This document shows positions 30,512-40,995 of a DNA stretch of 64,000 nucleotides, one piece after another; position 1 is the first letter of the stretch; each line of letters begins with the position of its first letter. The notes beneath the pieces were generated by a model. The model made no database searches. It was not told the DNA's origin and worked only from the letters and a program-made list of their open reading frames with translations. Where the stretch lies: NCBI GenBank assembly GCA_000002445.1, contig CH464491.1, forward strand, positions 448,001-512,000. The letters run 5' to 3'. The translations under genes and the position numbers were made by a program. The stretch comes from Trypanosoma brucei (taxonomy: Eukaryota).

Positions 30512-33139
30512 TTACGTGTCTAAAACGCTGGCGAGGGTAACAACTTCAACAGAATCCCTCCTAGGAACCAATGGGGCAGGTGGGGACTTTGACTTCACAG
30601 CTGTCGCAGCGTCCGCTAGCCGCTTTTCTTGCTCAGCCTTTCGTTTCTCTTTCTCCATCTTTTGTCGTTTCTGTTCAGCCTTCTTGCGCTTTTTCGTGGG
30701 ACTCGAGCTGAATAACCCTCCTTTCTTACCAATGTCAGCTAAGGAACGGTCGAGCATACCAAAGAAGGAAGGCATTTGCTTCCAACCCGTTGTTGGTTTG
30801 TCGTCAGCGTCGCGTCTCTGGTGAGCAATGCGTTCATCCCACAAAGCTAACATGGAATTGCATGTATCCTCACCAATCTCTTTCTTGCGCGATAGTAACA
30901 AGAAACGCACAACAAATGTTGGGCAATCACCAAAGTCGTCAAGAAGGTCCTTCTGCACGATAAAATCAAAATCTACCGGTTTTCTCACGGCAAGAAGGTT
31001 CTTGACTAGTTCAAGCGCCTTATTCACCTTACTGATAAGCTTACCACGACTATCCGAAATGCGTGCCTTCCACATATCAATTGTTATGACAATGTCACGT
31101 ACAAAACAGTTCACAAACTCATTCCAGTCCTTTGCGGCTTTACTAGACGGATGCCGAACGGCATCTCCGAGAAACTCCATAAGCTCGGTCAAGAATTTCT
31201 GAATGTACCTTTGCATCATGCGATGCGTTACCGTGTGTAGCTGTGAAGCCTCGAAGGAACAGCTGAACTCCTCGTCGATAAAGTCCGCCATAGTGTCGAG
31301 GATTATTCGCGTTGGACTATCCTCTCCCTCATACCAACCTTTTGAGCGGAATACGTCCGGCCACTGCCCCTCGACCATTCGCTCCACATGCAATATAACC
31401 TCATCAATGTAGTGGGAAGCATGATCTACCAGAACATCCTGAGTCTGAATAAACGGTGAGTTGTCTTCAAGGCCCTCTTCCTCGTTCCAATAAGACACAA
31501 ACACGAGCTCAACCGTGTCCATGTTGCGCTCAATCACTGAACAGTCATTGCAAAAGGCATACAAAAACGCAAGTCGTCGCATCTTCCACTCCTCATTGCC
31601 GCTATTTCCACCAGATTTTTGCCTTTGCTCCATCTCCTCCCAACGGTCGTAATCAATTAACAACTTACATTCCGAAAAGTAGCTCTCAATTGCAGCTGCA
31701 CAGGCCCTGCCTATCTGTCGCATGACGTCGACTTCGATCGCCGTTGAGAGACCGGCAAGAGTTTGCTGCAGTACGGCAAACATGTCTTTTGGCCCGGTTG
31801 TAACAGGCAGACCACTAGAGCTCCGAAACGGTTTATTTCCATCCTCCAGGACAGTTCTAGCACATACCTTACATAGTTGCACAAGATGCATCATGAGCCC
31901 GTCCACAGCACCCGCCGTCATGCAGGCCGACAGTTTGTCCAGTGCAGCGATATCAACATGAGATGAGTAGTTTCCATCCTTCAACATCTCCTTGTACCAT
32001 CGCACGAAGTCGGAGGCGGCGATGAGGTCGTTTGCTTTCGCCTCCAACCCCGGGTCCGCATAAATTTCGAGCGATTTCACCACCTCCCCATGCAAGGAAA
32101 CCACTACAATAGGAAATAGAGATAACCTGCTCGAAAGAGGAATCAATGTCATTTCAAGAGCCGAAAGAATCGGCGCTATCTTCTTCATACGATCCAAATA
32201 GGCAACGCCCTGCGCAACAGGATTGGTGAACTCCGCCATCACGTCGTCCACCCACAACTTTTTTGCGCAAGCGGCGACAGCTTCGAATATTTTGGCCTCG
32301 GTGATGAGCGGCTCCCCATCTGCAGAGTACAAGAAACCTTTATCCTCAGTTATCTCAACGGCGCACAACTGCACGCATTCCTCTAATTGCGTAAACTCGG
32401 GTATGGACTGCACCACCGCCCCCATTCGCGGTGGATCCTTAAGCGCCTTTTGGATCGCAGCGGGCACTGAAGTTTCTCTAAAAAGTTTGTAGACACCTTC
32501 AACAAACATCGTCTGCACTAACTCCAGCTTTTCAAAGTAGGGGTCAAACGAGTTTTGGTGTGCTTTGGGGTAGCTGTGCAATTCCTCTGTTACAGTCTGA
32601 CGTATGAGCTGCAGCCGGCACAGCCGTTTGTACACGGCGGCGAACTGTCGCTGCTCCACAAGCCTGTACATGTCTGTGTAACGCAATTCGTTGAGTACTT
32701 CAACCCATTCGATGACAGAAGTAACATTGCTTCGAAGATAATGCAGCTCACGTAGCTGTTTGTAGCTTCCCGAAGTCACATTCATCTGAGCAATGATACT
32801 ACCCTGCTTGATAAAAAGCTCGCGGAGGTCCTGAATTCGCTCCCCACTTTCTTTCACAATCTGCACGGCTCTATGTCCCTCCAACATCTGTGAGGAGGCC
32901 ATTGATTTAATTGCACGCCGGAGTTCCTGTGCTTCTGTCGTACAGGCACGTAGGAGTCGAGGTATAACTGCTTCCAAATCTTCCGCATGCGCCAACTCGT
33001 GGTTTATGGCTGTGTTGACCTCCTCCGCCAGGACCACGCGGTCAGTTTCGGAAAGATAAGGCCAAAGCTCCTCTGCAGTGTAAAATTGTGAAGAATCAAG
33101 CTCACCCAACGCAACATTAGACTGATGTGGGACCGGCAT
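30512..33139 (-). CDS. Large helical protein, possibly exocyst Sec6/EXOC3-like tethering subunit, with Lys-rich C-terminal tail
   Basis: 875-aa ORF. It has loose colinearity with EXOC3 as I remember it (N-terminal coiled-coil region, and C-terminal DCPTFVVRFLLLSRKKEIGEDTCNSML versus DIRDDHIGALLAVRGDASRDMKQTIM). The tail is PTKKRKKAEQKRQKMEKEKRKAEQEKR. The product call is weak. Confidence 0.6.
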   Translation of the reverse strand: MPVPHQSNVALGELDSSQFYTAEELWPYLSETDRVVLAEEVNTAINHELAHAEDLEAVIPRLLRACTTEAQELRRAIKSMASSQMLEGHRAVQIVKESGERIQDLRELFIKQGSIIAQMNVTSGSYKQLRELHYLRSNVTSVIEWVEVLNELRYTDMYRLVEQRQFAAVYKRLCRLQLIRQTVTEELHSYPKAHQNSFDPYFEKLELVQTMFVEGVYKLFRETSVPAAIQKALKDPPRMGAVVQSIPEFTQLEECVQLCAVEITEDKGFLYSADGEPLITEAKIFEAVAACAKKLWVDDVMAEFTNPVAQGVAYLDRMKKIAPILSALEMTLIPLSSRLSLFPIVVVSLHGEVVKSLEIYADPGLEAKANDLIAASDFVRWYKEMLKDGNYSSHVDIAALDKLSACMTAGAVDGLMMHLVQLCKVCARTVLEDGNKPFRSSSGLPVTTGPKDMFAVLQQTLAGLSTAIEVDVMRQIGRACAAAIESYFSECKLLIDYDRWEEMEQRQKSGGNSGNEEWKMRRLAFLYAFCNDCSVIERNMDTVELVFVSYWNEEEGLEDNSPFIQTQDVLVDHASHYIDEVILHVERMVEGQWPDVFRSKGWYEGEDSPTRIILDTMADFIDEEFSCSFEASQLHTVTHRMMQRYIQKFLTELMEFLGDAVRHPSSKAAKDWNEFVNCFVRDIVITIDMWKARISDSRGKLISKVNKALELVKNLLAVRKPVDFDFIVQKDLLDDFGDCPTFVVRFLLLSRKKEIGEDTCNSMLALWDERIAHQRRDADDKPTTGWKQMPSFFGMLDRSLADIGKKGGLFSSSPTKKRKKAEQKRQKMEKEKRKAEQEKRLADAATAVKSKSPPAPLVPRRDSVEVVTLASVLDT

Positions 33140-33705
33140 TAGTTCCTTACTTTATTTATTGGTTGCTCGGTTGGAAAAGTCCTACAAACCTGCAGCAACT
33201 GCGGCAGCCTTCACTACACGGAAAGGAAAAAAATAGGTGATATGTAGAAAACAAAAAGAAAAATACAGATACTATTTGATAGAACAGTTGCAAAGCTATG
33301 ATAATGATGCTATGGGACGTGAAGTTGCAAATACCTCCAATATAACGTGCACGTGCGAACGAACAAACCTGTACAGATTTCCGCAAAACAAAAAAAATGT
33401 TTTTTTTTTAAATACTGTAAACACAAATAATATGAAACGGAGGTAACGGGGAAAATGGTAGCCGCTTCTAAATGGGAAAAAATCCCTGCTGAAACATTTA
33501 CCACTCATCACAGACCCCCCCCCTCCACAATCTCGTTATCGACATATATCACTCACCCTCACGCTGAAATGGCCATGGGCCACACGTCAAACATCCAAAT
33601 CCTTTGAAATCACGGTACGAGGTCTTAGTACAACCCATGCACAATAAATGGAAAAAAAAAAGAAAATTCAAGCGCTTCATTCCCGGACACTACGCATCTC
33701 CGTGC

Positions 33706-34284
33706 TTATTCCTTCCCGACGGCTTGCCGGCGTTTTTCGTAGGCTTCCACGAGCGCATCCACCTTTTCATCCAGTGGCATATTATTTAGATCATTCTTTC
33801 GTGCCTCAATCGCCTCTGCCGAGGTTGGAAGAAGCTCAAACTTCCTGCGCTGGAGCGCCTCCACCTCGCGCGCATAGTCGGGGATTTTAAAGTTGTATTG
33901 CTCGTCCATCTTCCGCGTTTCCACAATGGCACTGTCAATGGTATTCACAACGTGACTTAAGTTACGAGCGTTGTGAATACCGAGCGCTGCTTTACCACCA
34001 AAATAGCCTCCTGCCAGCGAAATCCAACTCGCATAGCGCTGGAGCAGTGGCAAGCGCCCGCTCAGCGAAAGACAGATGGCCATCGTTGTTACCATGGAGC
34101 CACCCATATAACCGTAGTTCCAATACGCACTATCAGCAACAGCTTGGTATTGCTCCATAGACTTGAGCACACGCATCCGATTACCTTCAATGAACACATT
34201 AGCCGTGATAAGGGCTTGGGCATCTTTATCAGCGGGACTAATTTTTGTTGTCTGCTTCTGGAGACTAAGCTGTTGCGCCCACAT
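33706..34284 (-). CDS. Hypothetical small membrane protein (192 aa) with Gly-zipper segment
   Basis: Sense-strand ORF. Hydrophobic and Gly-rich segments GGSMVTTMAICLSLSG and WISLAGGYFGGKAALG, followed by a charged helical C-terminus. Confidence 0.65.
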   Translation of the reverse strand: MWAQQLSLQKQTTKISPADKDAQALITANVFIEGNRMRVLKSMEQYQAVADSAYWNYGYMGGSMVTTMAICLSLSGRLPLLQRYASWISLAGGYFGGKAALGIHNARNLSHVVNTIDSAIVETRKMDEQYNFKIPDYAREVEALQRRKFELLPTSAEAIEARKNDLNNMPLDEKVDALVEAYEKRRQAVGKE

Positions 34285-34828
34285 GTTTCTTTACTTCTTT
34301 AACCTGCACACCCTACAGGTGTTGTTGTTTACCACAGGGTGATAAGTATTTTATTGACGCTGGCGTGCACTGAAAAACAAAAGAGCTACAAGATGAGCCC
34401 CCGGTTGCGTGCTCACGTATCTTGCCTCCCCCCCCCCCTGCTGCTAGAAACGGTCACGCAGTCGTCCAGAGCTTACGTACGCACAGAACGTGATTAACGC
34501 TTATGGGCACACTGCAATGCTTCTTAAGTAGACAAATGAGGGCGCCCAACACACATTTAAAGTGTCAAAACAAAGGGAGGAAATATGGAAGTGAGGAAAA
34601 CAAAAAGGTGAGGCGACAAGGTTTGAAACGGCGAAACACAAATACAAGTGGACGCAATAGAGCGGATATTCGTTGCAGAATGTACAGCAGCGGCATGAGA
34701 CCCTTACGTGCAGAGGATGTGTGAAGTAATGAATCAAACTAAACCGGATTCTCCAAAACAACACCTTCGCTCAACCAACTCCCCTCCTCTGCGGTTCCTT
34801 GTGAAGGAACCAGATCAAGAAAACGATA

Positions 34829-37324
34829 CTACTCTGCCTCAACGGTTGTTTCACCCAGCATCCACGTTTGAAGCGGGTGATACGGCACTTGCGGGTGGTC
34901 GGGAGTATACACGCCAAGTGCACGCCAGTCATGTTTGAGTGCACCGCGACTAAATCCGGGAGCAAGATTTCGCGCGGTAACATGATACTTGTCAAAGAGT
35001 GGTTTGTCCCTTCGATACACGAAACGGGCACGTATGGGATTGTAGTACTGTAGGGTGCACTTACGGTCGCGTACCGGTGTCCTGAGTCGAACGTTATGAG
35101 TCACCAACCTCAGTTCCTTGCTGTGAAGTGAACTCAGTAAAGGCGCACCCTTGTCATAGAGGGAGCGGGATGAAACTAGTAGATTATGTCCACCTTTGAG
35201 AAAACGATAAGGGGTGCGCGCAGTGCAGTTACTGTGCATCAACGTATGAACCTTCACTAACGGCAACTCACGGGCCAAGAACGCGGCAACTGTCCAAAGC
35301 ATAAGGTCTTCATCACAATATGCACCGGCATCATGTAAAAGTATCTCCTCGCTAAACGGAAGGAGAACAGCGCGACCCTTCTCCAACTCGTAGCTGACTA
35401 TCTCGAGGGCGCGGGCGCATGCAATACGTTCCTTCATGCTGGGGCTCGTAAGGGATTTCACTGAAAGTGCTCGCAGGCACGACATGGTGACAATCAAACT
35501 GTCCTTCCCGCTAGGCAGGCGCCGCACGGCGGACACGAGCTGATCGGTCGATGTTGCCATTAGGGACGAGTGTAAAATAAACACAGAGTCAATGCTATTC
35601 AAATACTCTAGCTGAGAGAGCATTGTCATGAGCGGGCGCTTCAGTTTAGGAGCGGTGGCAATCGCTCCACTGTTCCCGGGGAGCGATGAGGTCAAAGGGT
35701 TCAAAGCATTTCTCTCGTTGCTCATAAGCATCTGTACCTGCACATCACGTAACGACGAAGGAATGCGCGAGGTAATCACAGACTGTTCCACACGCAGGCG
35801 ATCGGCCACAAGAGAGCAGTGAAGAAAGGAATTCAAAATGCGGTAGTCAAACAAATTCTGTGTGGCAAACGTATGAGCCACCCCTTTGTCAACCAACGAA
35901 AGGAGAAACTCAGAGCCACTCTCTAGTAGGCCTAAAAGGGTAACTTTATCAGCCTTCACAGAAGCATTGTCAATGGCCTCCTGCAACAAACAGAGCGCTC
36001 TCTTCTTTGTGGGAGTATCCTTAGTGCGGGAAACAGCGGCAAAGAAGTCTGGACCACGGGGAGACGCTGTATCCGACAAAAGGAGCTGCAGAATTTCGTT
36101 GTTACCCGCGTCGCACAACACAGTTACGAGATACATGCGCTCCACGATGGCCCAGTCATGCGCACCCCACGACCCCGAAATGTCATTGCGCACGCGGCGA
36201 AGAAAGGCGTCTGTTATGGTCTTAAAAACATCACCAACAGCCTTTCCGCCGGGCATCACCCCACAAAACCCACTGAGGAGGTCAACCATTTGCTCCCTAG
36301 TACACAAATCAAGCATTGTAGGGATCCGGCCGTCATCCTCCACTCGCAATAGTTCCACCATGAAATCATAAAGCTCCTCCCCGGTTCCCCAGAACGCTGT
36401 GGAGTGGTTAACCCCTATCGCATGTCTGTAATCAGCCCGATTGGAAGGGGCATGATCGGAAAACGTGAACCATTTATTTGGTTCAAACACTTTAATAAGT
36501 GCCATGAACTGAAGTACCTGGATGAACAATGCTGGACTAGCAGACAGTCGCCACGGTTGCTCCCGCACCAACGCTATTGTTGTCGCGTCCACCAGGTTGA
36601 CGTAGGCAGGAAGTAGAGAATTGGGGACGTAGTACGGCCTGCCAAACTTGGAAACCTTCACGGTTAGGAAATTAAGTCCCCGTCCGTCCACAGAAAAAGG
36701 GGCACTAATGGCTGTGAACATCCGTAACAGCTCCTCATCGCTGCGGAAGGACACAGTGGAAGCCATGTCCGCTAGAGCCGCCACCCGCGATTCTATTTGC
36801 GGACGATCTTCAAACTGGGCCACAAGCTCCTCAATAGAACGCGTGCAATGCAGACGATCTATCAAAGGGTAATCTCTTGATACTACGTAGCCCCTCATCT
36901 CCTCCTCATGAGAACATGGACTCATCGTTTGTGATGGAAACCTTGAATCCGCTGCCGGGGTTGTAACATCCTCGGTGTGTCTCTCTGTGATAGCTATTGC
37001 CATGTTACCGTCCCCTTTGCCACTGGTGGCAAATTGATTCTCTTCTTGTAAGGTTTCCTGCAGCAAAACCTCAGTAGCGGCCAACCTACTCCCACGCCGC
37101 CGCTCCTTCGCCGCCTCAATGTCGGGAATGTTCCGCAACCTTACGGGCCCGTACTCCAAGCTTTCGTCGAACTTCGGCAGAGGAAAGGGAGTAAAGTTGT
37201 CTTCCAGATGTTTGGGCTGCATGCTCTCCGGTATTGGTCTATAGCGCACGGTGTTGTGTCCTGAGTCCCGCTCGAACCGCAAACGCAGCGCCACGCTCGA
37301 CGTGAGGGCAAAGCGTCGTAACAT
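34829..37324 (-). CDS. Hypothetical protein (831 aa), probable mitochondrial presequence
   Basis: Uninterrupted 2.5-kb sense ORF. The N-terminus MLRRFALTSSVALRLRF resembles a presequence. No domain recognised. Confidence 0.85.
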   Translation of the reverse strand: MLRRFALTSSVALRLRFERDSGHNTVRYRPIPESMQPKHLEDNFTPFPLPKFDESLEYGPVRLRNIPDIEAAKERRRGSRLAATEVLLQETLQEENQFATSGKGDGNMAIAITERHTEDVTTPAADSRFPSQTMSPCSHEEEMRGYVVSRDYPLIDRLHCTRSIEELVAQFEDRPQIESRVAALADMASTVSFRSDEELLRMFTAISAPFSVDGRGLNFLTVKVSKFGRPYYVPNSLLPAYVNLVDATTIALVREQPWRLSASPALFIQVLQFMALIKVFEPNKWFTFSDHAPSNRADYRHAIGVNHSTAFWGTGEELYDFMVELLRVEDDGRIPTMLDLCTREQMVDLLSGFCGVMPGGKAVGDVFKTITDAFLRRVRNDISGSWGAHDWAIVERMYLVTVLCDAGNNEILQLLLSDTASPRGPDFFAAVSRTKDTPTKKRALCLLQEAIDNASVKADKVTLLGLLESGSEFLLSLVDKGVAHTFATQNLFDYRILNSFLHCSLVADRLRVEQSVITSRIPSSLRDVQVQMLMSNERNALNPLTSSLPGNSGAIATAPKLKRPLMTMLSQLEYLNSIDSVFILHSSLMATSTDQLVSAVRRLPSGKDSLIVTMSCLRALSVKSLTSPSMKERIACARALEIVSYELEKGRAVLLPFSEEILLHDAGAYCDEDLMLWTVAAFLARELPLVKVHTLMHSNCTARTPYRFLKGGHNLLVSSRSLYDKGAPLLSSLHSKELRLVTHNVRLRTPVRDRKCTLQYYNPIRARFVYRRDKPLFDKYHVTARNLAPGFSRGALKHDWRALGVYTPDHPQVPYHPLQTWMLGETTVEAE

Positions 37325-37982
37325 CGTTCTTCTCCTACTTTCCTTTTTATCGCTTTACTTCTCACCTTCTTCTTCACCCCTTCTCACCAGCCACACACTC
37401 TTTCACCTGTAAATAGAGAAAAAAATGTTTGGCCGCCTTCACTTAAGGAATCGCAGTCCCCACCAAAACGCACAAACAAGGTTTGAAGAGGCAACAACAG
37501 CAGTAAATGCAACAGCAACAGCAACAGCTCGTACATATTGAAACGAAGACATATAAAGCTTAGGCAAAGAAGAAGCGATAAGCGAAACTAGGAATAGGAA
37601 CGCAGAAACGAGAACACGCGAATCGTACCGCGACTGCCTTCTTATACAGGCTTTTTTTTTTTGAATACAATCCCTCCGGGTGGGAAAGGGAAGGGAATAT
37701 GGAATATGGGCAAGCACACGCGTCATCCACCCCTTTGGGAACCTTTTACCTTCTCATTCCCAACACGCATAGGCACTCGTAGCGGAGCCCGAGGGTGAAA
37801 CGTGTGCACCCTCTAACTCAGTGCAAACACCCTGCACACACCTCAAAAAAGGTCCGCCATTTTAAAAAAACAAAAGCAAACAGAAGCGTCAACGACAACG
37901 ACAACACGAATTCGCATAAACTCAAATGGCCATAAATGAACACACCGCGGCGGTGGCACTGGGAAAGTGCGGTGCAGTGCGC

Positions 37983-39131
37983 CTACGACAACCTGCGGTA
38001 TAATACAACAAGGGCAAGTAATGCAACAGCAACAATCACCCGGTTCCCCAGCAAGCCGCCAAGGAACACTCTGAAAAACGGTAGCAAATCTTTTGAGTTC
38101 GCTTCCGGACCGTCCCCCGCACCCAAATAAAACCCTGTCTTCGTGAGGGTAAATTTTTGACCCTGACGATGCTTTGGTGTCCGCTCCTTTTTTTTGCTAC
38201 TGGCATTCCCGACTCCAGTTTGAGGGCCAGTAGTCACCTTCTTGTGATCATGCACATGTCGCTCAAACCATTCAACCTCCTCCTTAATTAAACGCACTAA
38301 ATTTGCCTCATACGCCACATGCTCCTCCAAAAGGAATTTGATGTCCTCCACTGGCCCGGGGTACAAAATTCGACTGTGCAGCTGCTTTATACTTCCATCG
38401 CACAACTCAGCTAACTCCTCCACATGCAATTTAGCCTCCTTCAAGGCAGCGGCAGACCGCTGGCTGTCGGATCCCATGAGTTTTCGTGCTTCGTTTGCCG
38501 CCATGAGGTGCTGGTCCACGAGAGAGGCAGTGAATAACAGACTTTGTCGGTTGTCGTGTTCAATCACCTTAGCCGCATACTGCGCCTGCTTTGCAGACAG
38601 CATGAGAAAAAACATAAAGCACAAAAAAAAGAACAGGAATATCAGTATGCCCGTAACATGCCACTTCTGACAAACACCAAACACTGTTCCAGGTATGGAA
38701 TTTGCAACCCGCAGAAATGCATCACCACAAGCCGCTAGTTTACCCATAAAACTCGATGAGTCCTCCTCCTCGCCCACATCGCTATCACCTTCAGGCTGTT
38801 CAGCAGCCGTAACAAGCTGCCTCATTCCGTTTCTTCCATCAGAAGAGCCTTCCTTCTCGCTTTCGCTATCGTCTGTACGCACGTATAGTGTCTTCGTACC
38901 ACCACCACGTCTGCGCCGCTGCACACGTGGGGGACTTTGGTACTGTTGGTTGTACCCCGATTGCGGCAGAACCCGGGGGGTTGGATCCGTAAACGTTAGC
39001 GGGGCCTTGACGTACAATACCTCACGCTCGCCCTGGTTATTGTCAACGATATCATTTGTTCGGGGTCGCCTGGAAACCGCCTCTACGGGGGCATCACGCA
39101 AAGAGTTGCGCTGTCCACTCATTTCTAACAC
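37983..39131 (-). CDS. Hypothetical membrane protein (382 aa), two predicted TM segments
   Basis: Sense ORF with a central TM segment (GILIFLFFFLCFMFFLMLS) and a C-terminal tail anchor (VIVAVALLALVVLY). The N-terminal region is acidic and Ser-rich. Confidence 0.75.
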   Translation of the reverse strand: MLEMSGQRNSLRDAPVEAVSRRPRTNDIVDNNQGEREVLYVKAPLTFTDPTPRVLPQSGYNQQYQSPPRVQRRRRGGGTKTLYVRTDDSESEKEGSSDGRNGMRQLVTAAEQPEGDSDVGEEEDSSSFMGKLAACGDAFLRVANSIPGTVFGVCQKWHVTGILIFLFFFLCFMFFLMLSAKQAQYAAKVIEHDNRQSLLFTASLVDQHLMAANEARKLMGSDSQRSAAALKEAKLHVEELAELCDGSIKQLHSRILYPGPVEDIKFLLEEHVAYEANLVRLIKEEVEWFERHVHDHKKVTTGPQTGVGNASSKKKERTPKHRQGQKFTLTKTGFYLGAGDGPEANSKDLLPFFRVFLGGLLGNRVIVAVALLALVVLYRRLS

Positions 39132-39900
39132 GCTGCACCTTTGCTCTCGACCCCTTTACGTCACCTTGCGTTCACACGCTCTTGAGTGACTTCTTCTCCG
39201 CTTTACCCTTTTCCCTACAATTCTTATCCCTTCTTCTGTCCGTTTCGTACCGGCCGTGCCGGCAACCTCACTGCCGCAAAACGTACGACACCGTACGTGC
39301 ACCGTTACAACTGGTGCGGTCCAGTCGGACTGCGGACACTTAACAGGAAAAAAAAAGGAAACAAAAGAAAAAAGGGAGAGTTGAGGGAACATTCACTTTA
39401 CTTACGTGAAGAAACAAGTTTAGACAAAAGAATATATATATGCATATACGTGCATACGCCAAGGTATTATTGAACTTCCACTTAACACCAAACAGATGAA
39501 GGGGCCAAGCGTGCCTTTACACGAAATCATAAAAAGCTTATTTCAGAAGCCGATACGACTATGAAATGATAAAAAGCTTATGAATGTAAGGACGGCAAGC
39601 ACTTCGCCGAGGTGGTCCAAAACAATTCGAAGTGGCCATATTATTTGTATTCCCGTCCGTGCGTTATATGTATGTCTCCTCCCATGTTCCATTACAACTA
39701 ACGGAGTATCAATAGCGGAAGGTACTCATTCCTTAACAACACACCCCCAGACGCCTGAATTCCCACTTGTGCGATACAAAATATAAACTACGTTCATCAG
39801 GCAACAAAAAAAGAAAAGGAACAAAGGATCCGAGACGCGTGTGGTGGAGGGCCCACAACGTGCAATGTACCAACAACGACGTGCAGTGAACGCCCCGCTG

Positions 39901-40317
39901 TCATTCCTCACACTCTTCCTCTAAAAGACGCTGCGCGCGACGCCGAGCACGGTGAGCAGCGTCAATAAGCGGCTTGTAGCCGATGTCGACAACTTGGCCA
40001 TGTTCATTCCGCACGTACGTATATTGCGCGGCCCTTTGTGCGATATCTGAGTCCGAGTCGCGAAAATACATTACGTAAACCAAATAACTTGAAAAGGAGA
40101 GAGCACTACCAAGCCATATGCCCTGCAGCAACTTCCAGCGCCAGCCATACTGCCAGGCTGGGGGAAGATATGGTCGGAGTTGACGGAAAAAATAACCCCC
40201 TGCACTTTTCGGCAGATCAGGCATGCGTGAACGAGTCATTTGTTGCCCTTTTCGCCGGCGTCGCTCAACCTTCGGCAGTGCTGCCCAAAAAGTCGAACAC
40301 CGGAGCATGGTGTGCAA
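39901..40317 (-). CDS. Hypothetical small single-TM protein (138 aa)
   Basis: Sense ORF with a basic N-terminus, one hydrophobic segment (GIWLGSALSFSSYLVYVMYF) and an Arg/Glu-rich C-terminus. Confidence 0.55.
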   Translation of the reverse strand: MHTMLRCSTFWAALPKVERRRRKGQQMTRSRMPDLPKSAGGYFFRQLRPYLPPAWQYGWRWKLLQGIWLGSALSFSSYLVYVMYFRDSDSDIAQRAAQYTYVRNEHGQVVDIGYKPLIDAAHRARRRAQRLLEEECEE

Positions 40318-40995
40318 CTCCGATAGAGAAATATACGCGTGAATTCTCAGATGCCTGAAGAAAAAACGGAGGTGTGTTCCCCTCCTACAGTCTTAACAGA
40401 GTACCACGGGGAGTAGAGGAACAGAAACCAAGGTGTACGCAAGTTTTCTCTTTCGGCAAAACGGTACCTCTCACCTAATCCCCCATGCATTAACAGACGG
40501 CAAAGAGGGGCAAGATATGTTACCTCCTCTCACAGCGCCTTCTCAACTAACGGCGAGACAGGGAAACAATCAACGGATGAAAAGGGGTCGGGAAAAATTG
40601 ATGGTGCAGAAATTCTTGGAAACCCTGGTTGTGTTGGCACAGCGTCGAAGATCAACAGTGCTAGATGGAACGACAAAGGAGCAAGCAATCAACGCCCTCT
40701 TTAATATACTTAACCCTAACACGTAATGCGGAAAGGGGTGATTCCAGCGAGAGTGAATGGATACGCGGCACTTTCCCCCACCTCCCCCCCCCCTCTTCCC
40801 CTGACCAGCGTTTGTAAAAAATGGAATGGTAACTTTAGCGGAACTTGTGATTTGCAACTCTCTGGGGCATAAGAGGATGAGATAACTACCGGGGGACACG
40901 CCACCCACTTCATAAACCAGAGCTACCGCCTAATCTTCCCCATCCGGTCTCTTCGTTAAACCATCATGAGGAAGAATAGCGCCTTCTCATAATTT